This document shows, piece after piece, positions 56,979 through 64,000 of a stretch of 64,000 nt of DNA (positions are counted from its first letter, which is position 1; every line of letters begins with the position of its first letter). The position numbers were made by a program, and so were the translations under genes. Under the pieces are notes generated by a model. That model had not been told where the DNA came from. It ran no database searches and was given only the letters and a program-made list of their open reading frames with translations. The stretch comes from Phycisphaerae bacterium (GTDB taxonomy: Bacteria; Planctomycetota; Phycisphaerae; UBA1845; Fen-1342): assembly GCA_963675745.2 (NCBI GenBank), contig CAXXWX010000027.1, positions 160,001 through 224,000 of the forward strand, written 5' to 3'.

Positions 56979-57698
56979 ATGTTCGAATATCGATGGAAGA
57001 TACCCAGCACGCCTGACGAAGACCTTGTGCTTCGGATTCACAGCCGCTCAGGCTGGTTCGGACGCAAGCAACTCACATATGGCCAGCGCCAGGTTTTCAA
57101 CCGTGGCCCGTTCGCGGGGATTGAGTGCCGCTTTGCCGGCAGCCGGCCCGACGAGAAGCTGCACCTGCGCTTCGTGAGGCTCCCCGATTCTGAATCCTGG
57201 CGTCCGGCGGTGTTTCACGCGGATCAGGAACTGCCCGAGGTGACCGGCGGCCCCCTGCCACGCGTGATCACGCCGCCCGCGCCGCTGGCCGCGACGATCG
57301 GGTTGGCCTACCTGCTGATGTTCATGACGACGGTGATGCTGCCCGCGATCGTCAAGGTTTTGAACGCGCTGCACATGCAGGACGCCACCTATGACGCATC
57401 GCAAGACATCGTGCCGTGGATCACGCCAATTGTGGTCACGGCTGCGTGTCTGCTGGGCATTCTGAATATGAAGCGCGGCGCACTGTGGCTGTTTGGAATC
57501 CTGATCATCGTGGAAGGCCTGCTGTTGGTGCTTACGAGCGGGCCACTCTCGCAAACTGTATCCGCGATGGAACTGGAAGGCATGTTGTTGGCGTTCGCGA
57601 GCAGGCCGGTCTCGCTGATCGCGCTGGCGATGCAGGTTGCCCTCTGGTTGGTGGGCGCCGCATACCTGATGCCGAAGCAATCGGAACGGACGGCGTAG
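56979..57698 (+). CDS. Hypothetical membrane protein
   Basis: Soluble N-terminal beta domain followed by about four TM helices; ATG 56979. Confidence 0.65.
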   Translation: MFEYRWKIPSTPDEDLVLRIHSRSGWFGRKQLTYGQRQVFNRGPFAGIECRFAGSRPDEKLHLRFVRLPDSESWRPAVFHADQELPEVTGGPLPRVITPPAPLAATIGLAYLLMFMTTVMLPAIVKVLNALHMQDATYDASQDIVPWITPIVVTAACLLGILNMKRGALWLFGILIIVEGLLLVLTSGPLSQTVSAMELEGMLLAFASRPVSLIALAMQVALWLVGAAYLMPKQSERTA

Positions 57699-57743
57699 CG
57701 GTTCGGTGGGAATAGATGGAGGCGGCGATAGGCGCATGCTAGC

Positions 57744-59156
57744 ATGAGTACAGGCAACCCAGACGCCACGGCCAACGGCGTATCGAGCATCGTGCATCCG
57801 CCCGGGTTCAAAGCCCGGCGCGGCGCGAACTGGTTCATGCTCGGCCTCATGTACGCCTCGTATTACATGTGCCGCTACAACCTGGCAATCGCCGCCCCGC
57901 GCATCCTGGAACAGTTCGGGCTGAACAACGCGCAGTACGGCATGATCGGCACAGCCCGCCACCTGTCCTACGCATTTGGACAGTTCTTTAACGGATTGCT
58001 GACCGACCGGCTAGGGGGCAAGCAGGCCATGGCGCTTGGGGCCGGGCTCACGATTGTCCTCAATGTGCTGTTCGGTATGGCCTCGTTTGCCGGCGCGGGC
58101 AGTGTCCTGCTGCTTTTCATTATCATTCGCGCGTCCGACGGCTACGCCCAGGCGTTTGGCGCGCCTGGCATGGTCAAGGCCAATACGGCGTGGTTCGCAC
58201 GGGTCGAGCGCGGGCGCTTCGCCGGCGTTTTCGGGTTGATGATTCAGTTTGGCCTGATCGCGATCAATTCGTTTGGACCATTGCTGCTGGCCGGTTGTAC
58301 GATCCCGCTGCTGATCGTAACGCTGCACATCCCGCCGCTACACTGGCGCTGGCTGTTCTGGATACCGCCGTGTGTCGTGGCTGTGGTCGTGCTGTTGATG
58401 TATGTGGTAGTGAAGAACGACCCGGAAGAAGCGGGCTACCGCGTTCAGCACGCGGCCGATGAAGATCACGCCGACGCGGACCACGATGAGCGCATCCCGC
58501 TGAGCGTGGTGTTCAAGACGATCGCGCGCAAGAAGATGGTCTGGGTGACAGCCGGTGCGTACTTCTGCACCGGCGCCGTTCGGACGGCACAGTTCGAGTG
58601 GCTGTGGCTCTACTTCGAGGGCGAATGGGGGCTGGATTCGCGCAAGTCGGCACTAGTGGCCCTGACCGGCGCCTTGATGCCAATCACGGCGGTCATCGGC
58701 TCACTAAGCTCCGGCTTCATCTCGGACCTGCTCTTCAAGGGGCGCCGCGCACCGGTGGCGATGGCCCTGTACGGGCTTGAGAGCCTCTGTATTCTCGCGG
58801 CGGCGATCCTGTTGGGCAACTCGGCGACGACCAGCGCGGGGCTGGCCGCGATAATGACGCTCGCAATCTCGTTCACGTGCAACTCGACGCACTCGATCCT
58901 GGGAACGGCGGCGGCGATGGATCTGGGCGGCCGCAAGATGGCCGGGTTTGCGGCAGGTGTGATCGACTCCTTCCAGTACTTCGGCGCTGCGGTCGCCGGG
59001 TTTGGCTTGGGACACCTCATTGACTACGCAATCAAGAACACGGCGCTCGGCTGGACGGCGTGGTTCTGGTTCATGTTGCCATTCAGCGTGATCGGTATGC
59101 TGCTGATGGGATACGTCTGGTGGCGAACCCGCGGCCGAAATGTGACCGGATCCTGA
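57744..59156 (+). CDS. MFS transporter, organophosphate:Pi antiporter (GlpT/UhpC-like)
   Basis: YASYYMCRYNL, GLLTDRLGGK, WFARVERGRFAG, GFISDLLFKGRRAP, AGFAAGVIDSFQYFG; about 12 TM helices. Confidence 0.9.
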   Translation: MSTGNPDATANGVSSIVHPPGFKARRGANWFMLGLMYASYYMCRYNLAIAAPRILEQFGLNNAQYGMIGTARHLSYAFGQFFNGLLTDRLGGKQAMALGAGLTIVLNVLFGMASFAGAGSVLLLFIIIRASDGYAQAFGAPGMVKANTAWFARVERGRFAGVFGLMIQFGLIAINSFGPLLLAGCTIPLLIVTLHIPPLHWRWLFWIPPCVVAVVVLLMYVVVKNDPEEAGYRVQHAADEDHADADHDERIPLSVVFKTIARKKMVWVTAGAYFCTGAVRTAQFEWLWLYFEGEWGLDSRKSALVALTGALMPITAVIGSLSSGFISDLLFKGRRAPVAMALYGLESLCILAAAILLGNSATTSAGLAAIMTLAISFTCNSTHSILGTAAAMDLGGRKMAGFAAGVIDSFQYFGAAVAGFGLGHLIDYAIKNTALGWTAWFWFMLPFSVIGMLLMGYVWWRTRGRNVTGS

Positions 59157-59246
59157 CGACGACACGCAGCGCTTGCCGATCGGGTGACCGGCCGGCTATT
59201 CCGAGATCAACCCATTCTGCGAGCAGTGGCCCGGCATCAGAGCCCA

Positions 59247-59326
59247 GTTACGGCCTGCGCCTCGCAGGCCGTCGACGCCGAGTGGCCCTTTCAGTATCCT
59301 GCGGCCTGCGAGGCGCAGGCCGTTAC
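59247..59326. repeat. Inverted REP pair (same family as 301-364)
   Basis: CGGCCTGCGCCTCGCAGGCCG ... CGGCCTGCGAGGCGCAGGCCGTTAC. A further REP pair is at 60357-60436. Confidence 0.75.
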
Positions 59327-59436
59327 ATTGCCCAGCGCCACGGTGCCGGCGCCGGGCTGTTCGGCGCTGGTACGGTATTCCGTCCTTTTTTCCAGGAAGC
59401 TCGCGCGGTTTACTGCCGTGAGATGAGGTGTGCTCG

Positions 59437-60303
59437 ATGACCGCCAAACTCGAAGACTACGTGGGGAAAGTGACCGTCACCGATGGCGCATGGGGGACGG
59501 AGCTCGACAAGCTCGGCTGTCCTCCGGGCTTCTGCCGCGAGGAATGGAACATCAGTCAGCCGGACTACGTCGAACAGGTCGCGTCGGCCTACGTGGCCGC
59601 CGGATCGCGGATCATCCTGACGAATACGTTCGGCGGCAACCGCTTTGTGCTCGCGCGTCACGAGCGCGCGGACAAGGTGGCCGAGTTCAACATCGCCGGA
59701 GCACAGATCAGCAAACGCGCCGCCGGGGCGAAAGCCAGGGTCTTTGGCTCGATCGGTCCCAGCGGCAGCATGATCATCACCGGCGAGGTTACAGAGGACG
59801 AGTTGTTCGCCGGGTTCAAAGCGCAAGCCGAGGCCCTCGCCGAAGGCGGTGTCGACGCGCTGGTTGTCGAGACAATGGCCGATCTGACCGAGGGTTGCGC
59901 GGCGGTTCGCGCCGCCAAGACCACCGGCCTGATGGTGGTGGCCTGCATGACTTATGACTCGGGCAAAGACCAGACGCGCACCATGATGGGTGTCACTCCC
60001 GAGCAGGCCGCCGCCGCCTTTGACGAGGCGGGGGCCGACGTGGTCGGGTGCAACTGCGGTGTGGGTATCGAGAACTATGTCAGGGTCACCGCGATGTACC
60101 GACAGGTCACGACGAAACCGATCTGGGTCAAAGCCAACGCCGGCATGCCGGTGGTGAAGGATGGCCAGGCGGTCTACAACATGCAGCCGGAGACCTTTGC
60201 GCAACAGGTGAAGGAACTGGTGGCGGCGGGAGCGAATTTCGTCGGCGGCTGCTGCGGCACCAGCCCGGAGTTCATCGCCGCCATGGCCCGGATGTCATAC
60301 TAG
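59437..60303 (+). CDS. Stand-alone homocysteine S-methyltransferase (MetH N-terminal-like) protein
   Basis: DGAWGTEL, TNTFG, GSIGP, VETM, GCNC, ANAGMP, GGCCGTSPEFI (Zn cysteines). Confidence 0.92.
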   Translation: MTAKLEDYVGKVTVTDGAWGTELDKLGCPPGFCREEWNISQPDYVEQVASAYVAAGSRIILTNTFGGNRFVLARHERADKVAEFNIAGAQISKRAAGAKARVFGSIGPSGSMIITGEVTEDELFAGFKAQAEALAEGGVDALVVETMADLTEGCAAVRAAKTTGLMVVACMTYDSGKDQTRTMMGVTPEQAAAAFDEAGADVVGCNCGVGIENYVRVTAMYRQVTTKPIWVKANAGMPVVKDGQAVYNMQPETFAQQVKELVAAGANFVGGCCGTSPEFIAAMARMSY

Positions 60304-60446
60304 CGGGGACTCGGCCGCGGAAGGTCCGCATGCCGTGCGAAAGCTCGGCGCGAATCGTAACGGCCGGCGCCCCGCCGGCCGCCGAACGTCGAGAAACCCG
60401 CTTCGCGCCGACGACCTGCGAGGCGCGGGCCGCTACAGTTGGCGAA

Positions 60447-60890
60447 TCAATGATCTTCGGGGCGGCGTTTGCGGCAGTAGACGACTGGGAACTCCTCGTA
60501 GCCCAGCCGGCGACACAACTCGCGCGAGGCGTCGTTGTGTTCTTCGACCAGCGCCGAGACTATGTGAACGCCCTGTGCAAAGAGCGCGCTTTCCGCCGCT
60601 TCGCTCAGACGCCGGGCAATGCCGCGCCGGCGATAGTCGGGATGCACGGCCAGGCGATTGAGCCAGCCCTTGCGCCGCTCATGCGTACCCAGGAGCACAC
60701 CGACCACGTTTCCCGCGTGTTCGGCCACCAGGTAGCTGTCCCCAAACAACTCCAGTTGCCAGCGGATGGCCTCGCGTGAATCGCGACCGTGCGGGCGTGG
60801 TGTCAGACCGCCCGTCTGCCACAGGTCAAGCACCGCCGAGTAATCTTCGAGGGTCATCGAGCGAATAGTGATATCCGAACTGCCGTGCAT
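60447..60890 (-). CDS. GNAT family N-acetyltransferase (YpeA-like)
   Basis: RKGWLNRLAVHPDYRRRGIARRL, N...LGY. Start uncertain (60890 or 60911). Confidence 0.88.
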   Translation of the reverse strand: MHGSSDITIRSMTLEDYSAVLDLWQTGGLTPRPHGRDSREAIRWQLELFGDSYLVAEHAGNVVGVLLGTHERRKGWLNRLAVHPDYRRRGIARRLSEAAESALFAQGVHIVSALVEEHNDASRELCRRLGYEEFPVVYCRKRRPEDH

Positions 60891-61050
60891 CGCGCAAGTT
60901 GTCTCCTGCATGGGCCGCGCCGTTCGCCGTGCGCGGCCCGTGCAGGATACCCTTGCGCTGACGGATGTCGAGTCAGCCCGGTGATGCTCGAAATTGCGGG
61001 GTGCGTGACACTTGCGGCGGGACGTTGGCAGCGGTGGTCCGGTGAGGCTT

Positions 61051-61585
61051 GCCCCAGAGGGGCATGGGGCCGGTGCCACGGGTGCAGCGCAGCTTAACCC
61101 GTGAGCACGGTCTGCTCAGCCGCGACTCTTCGCCCTGAAGGGGCGCAGGCGCATGGCCACGGGTGGAGCGCAGCGCAACCCGTGGATAGGATGCGGGCTG
61201 ACATGTCATTCCGCCCCGCAGGGGCGGGGGAGGCGCGCAGGCCGGGGACCTTCACGCGATTGCTCTATCACGTGGCCTTCAGCACCAAGCACCGCGCCGA
61301 CCTCATCGCCACGGAGCTGCAACCACGCCTGTACGAGCACGTCGCAGTTCGAGATCGTGCGGCGATATATCCAAGTTCAGGCGGCGCATCATGGTCGACG
61401 AGGATTCGTGGAGGAGCCGAAGGCGTTGCTGGACGCACACGGGATCGAGCACGACGCGCGATACCTGGAGGGCTGAGCGCATCTTCCGCCGCCCCTGCGG
61501 GGCGGAGAGCTTGTGGTGGCGGACCGTGTCCACGGGTTCCGCTGCGCTCCACCCGTGGCTACGCGCCCACGCTCCTCCGGAGCGA
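61051..61585. mobile_element. Defective IS200/RAYT-like element: palindrome clusters flanking a deleted tnpA
   Basis: GCCACGGGTGGAGCGCAGCGCAACCCGTGG (left, with a second copy upstream) and CCACGGGTTCCGCTGCGCTCCACCCGTGGC (right, inverted), plus CGCCCC-GCA/TGC-GGGGCG hairpins, bracket the tnpA remnant. Confidence 0.8.
61239..61476 (+). pseudogene. tnpA: IS200/IS605-family (Y1 HUH) tnpA remnant, internally deleted
   Basis: N-terminus (R)PGTFTRLLYHVAFSTKHRADLI...RLYE is joined out of frame to C-terminus SQFEIVRRYIQVQAAHH.RR.F.EE..ALL..HGIEHDARYL. The HUH core is absent and AGG stands where the start codon is expected. Confidence 0.85.
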
Positions 61586-61697
61586 AACGCTCGTGCCCGG
61601 GCCGCTGGCACGGATGACCACACGCCGCCGATTCTGTCACGCACACGAAATTGCGCCGCAGCGCAAGAATTGCGCCACGTAGTGCCCGGCGGCGCTG

Positions 61698-62324
61698 CTA
61701 TTTACGTGCAGCGCTGCGTTGGTGGTTGATGTCCTTCAGCTCGATGATCAGCAACGTGACGGAGTCTGGACTCTGCGGGTTGAGCCACTGCACGACGCTC
61801 GTATTCGTGCGCATGCGCAGGAGTGACTCGGTGCTGATCTGGCGGTCACGGTGATTGAACTCGAGCCCGAGGCGTAGAGTGGCGCTCTTCTGCGTGACGT
61901 CGGTCGGCCAGACGATCAAGCGCCCGGCGCGGCCACGATCGCCGAGCAGGAGTTTGCCGGGCCCACCCTCGAAGACCGTCGTCTGAGGCGCCTTGGCCAT
62001 GGCGCTCTGTCGTTGTGGATTCGTCATGTTGACCAGTGCGCCGATCTGCCGACTGGTGACGACGACCGCGTCAGAGCTGTTCACGTTGAGCAGATCGAGC
62101 ACCGCCCTGCCTTCGGCGCGCTCGAAGTTGAGCACGCGGGCTGCGACGGTCACGGCGGCCCGGTCCTGGTTCATTGGTGTCTTGGGGCGTGTATCGACAT
62201 TGGCCGCCAGCGCCGGCTTCTGTCTAGCCTGGTGCTGCCTGGTGGGCGCCGGGCCGGCGGTGCGCGGATCGGTGGTGGCGCAGCCAATCAATGGCAAGAG
62301 CAACAGCACTATGTAAACTCGCAT
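61698..62324 (-). CDS. Hypothetical lipoprotein
   Basis: AAGGAGG RBS; MRVYIVLLLLPLIG-C lipobox. Confidence 0.7.
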   Translation of the reverse strand: MRVYIVLLLLPLIGCATTDPRTAGPAPTRQHQARQKPALAANVDTRPKTPMNQDRAAVTVAARVLNFERAEGRAVLDLLNVNSSDAVVVTSRQIGALVNMTNPQRQSAMAKAPQTTVFEGGPGKLLLGDRGRAGRLIVWPTDVTQKSATLRLGLEFNHRDRQISTESLLRMRTNTSVVQWLNPQSPDSVTLLIIELKDINHQRSAARK

Positions 62325-62675
62325 GCGGGGCCTCCTTACGTGGATCGGATCGCGCCGAACGCGCGGTCGGTTTTCCAGGAAACTCTCCCCGGCCTCCGTC
62401 GCCGGGCCGGGTGATACCGGCCATGCGCCGCAAGCTGCGGCCACTTGGCCATCGAATCTCCTGTACCCAGGTTTTCGGCGTATCGACGACCCGAGGTTTA
62501 CCGCAGCTTTGTTGGTCAATGGCGCGAACGGGGATGCGTGGCCGAACGGGTTTGGTAAACTGGCGCCTCGACGTGCGGCGCGTGCGCCAATTGGCGTGTC
62601 GGCTCTGCGACAAGCTGGAGATAGTGCCGCCGCGCGTATGACGGCTGTTGCTTTAATCCCAGGATCGAGACAAGC

Positions 62676-63515
62676 ATGAGCGATACAAAAAACGCGACAT
62701 TCAGCGGCCGGGGATTCACATCGGTGGCGACGACGCTGTGCTTTCTCGCTCTGGCGGTGACGGGTGTGGGGTTATTCGTCACACCACCGGGACGCGTCGC
62801 CTACTGGACCGATTGGCGTCTGTTGGGGCTCACCAAGGACAACTGGAGCGCCATACACATCTGGTTTGGCCTCTTGTTCCTGATCGCTTCCGGTTTCCAC
62901 ATCTGGCTGAACTGGCGAACCTTGCTCGGTTACTTCAAGAGCACGGTGACGCGGCGATTCGCCCTGCGCCGGGAGTGGGCGCTGGCGCTGATTCTGGCGG
63001 TCACCGTGGTGTCCGGGACGCTCCTGGAGGTGCCGCCCTTCTCATCGCTGGTGGCCTTCAACGAGATGGTCAAGGCCAGTTGGGAGCGGCGTGACGAGCG
63101 CGCGCCGATTCCGCACGCCGAGTTGCTGTCGCTGCGTGAGCTTTCCAGCCAAGCAAACCTGGATTGGGAGGCCATGATCGCGCGAATGAAAGCCAAGGGG
63201 ATTACGGTCGATTCGCCGGAGTCGATTCTGGGCGATCTGGCGCGCGCGCACGGCATGACTCCCGCCGAGCTCTACAACATCGCCACTGGCGCAAACAGCG
63301 CGGAAAGCAGTCGGCACGCAGGGGGTGGTGGCGGGATGGGCCGAAAGACGCTCAGACAATTCTGCGCCGATGAGGGGCTCGAATTGGCCGTGGCGCTGGA
63401 GCGGCTCCGCGCGGCAGGGCTGGAAGCCGACGCGCAGATGACGATGCGCGACATCGCGACGCAGGGCAACCTGCATCCGCCCGACCTGCGAAAGATCCTG
63501 AGCGAGCGACCCTGA
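62676..63515 (+). CDS. DUF4405-like membrane protein (cytochrome b-like His-bearing helices)
   Basis: VTGVGLFVTPPGRVAYWTDW.LLGLTKDNW.AIHIW...HIWLNW; PIPHAE; GMGRKTL. Confidence 0.8.
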   Translation: MSDTKNATFSGRGFTSVATTLCFLALAVTGVGLFVTPPGRVAYWTDWRLLGLTKDNWSAIHIWFGLLFLIASGFHIWLNWRTLLGYFKSTVTRRFALRREWALALILAVTVVSGTLLEVPPFSSLVAFNEMVKASWERRDERAPIPHAELLSLRELSSQANLDWEAMIARMKAKGITVDSPESILGDLARAHGMTPAELYNIATGANSAESSRHAGGGGGMGRKTLRQFCADEGLELAVALERLRAAGLEADAQMTMRDIATQGNLHPPDLRKILSERP

Positions 63516-63565
63516 GCCGACAACCCGCGCGGAACGCCGGCGCGCGGGCAATCCGCCCGCCTGGC

Positions 63566-64000
63566 TTACTCAATCCCCTCGGCGGCCAGCCAGCGTTCGG
63601 CGTCGAGGGCGGCCATGCAGCCGGTGCCGGCGGCGGTTACCGCCTGGCGATAGGTGTGGTCGGCCACGTCGCCGGCGGCAAATACGCCCGTGACGCTGGT
63701 GTAGGTGCTGCCGGGGGTCGCCAGCTTGATGTACTTCTTGTCGTCCAGCTCGAGGGAATCGGCAAAGAGGGTCGTGTTCGGCGTGTGGCCGATCGCCATG
63801 AACAGGCCCTTGCAAGGCAGGTCGCGCTGCTCTTCGGTCTTGACGTTCTTGAGGCGTACGCCGGTGATCGACTCATCGCCGAGCACATCGACCAATACGG
63901 AATCCCAAACGAGTTCGAGCTTGCCGGTTTGCTCGAGCTTCATGGCGCGCTCCTGCATGGCCTTGCTGGCGCGCAACTGGTCACGGCGGTGGATCAGGGA
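63566..64000 (-). CDS. trxB: Thioredoxin reductase, C-terminal part (runs off window end)
   Basis: IHRRDQLRASKAMQ, GLFMAIGHTPNT, GVFAAGDVADHTYRQAVTAAGTGCMAALDAERWL. Confidence 0.95.
   Translation of the reverse strand, partial: SLIHRRDQLRASKAMQERAMKLEQTGKLELVWDSVLVDVLGDESITGVRLKNVKTEEQRDLPCKGLFMAIGHTPNTTLFADSLELDDKKYIKLATPGSTYTSVTGVFAAGDVADHTYRQAVTAAGTGCMAALDAERWLAAEGIE

Overview
High-GC bacterial chromosomal segment, most likely Planctomycetota (Phycisphaerae-like). That assignment is inferred from TIGR02999-type ECF sigma factors, an ECF/Ser-Thr kinase pair, C-terminal GDxNxDG...DIDPFV dockerin-like tails, a PEP-CTERM protein, zinc-ribbon membrane proteins and very large prepilin-type proteins. 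Housekeeping genes include folD (partial), yceH, a radical SAM protein, an HDAC-family deacetylase, ftcD, tsaB, a homocysteine methyltransferase, trxB (partial) and tRNA-Met(CAT). The window also carries a pilB-pilC-pilin (T4P/T2SS-like) operon, many secreted proteins and a sulfatase/arylsulfotransferase pair. The most striking layer is the small-repeat mobilome: (1) several families of REP-like palindromes; (2) an intact IS1111-type IS110 element inserted at the foot of a REP, with a 3' non-coding region that contains matches to its own junctions and target (candidate bridge/seek RNA); (3) a 265-bp MITE with 13-bp TIRs and a 9-bp target duplication whose cargo is a REP cluster; (4) an internally deleted IS200/RAYT-like tnpA; (5) an ISAs1 element; (6) mirror-image heptamer arrays; and (7) REP palindromes sitting in frame inside the predicted cleavable leaders of three consecutive prepilin genes. 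Several +1 frameshifts at 24.3-25.9 kb and 54.26 kb may be assembly errors. All calls come from reading the sequence; no database searches were run.
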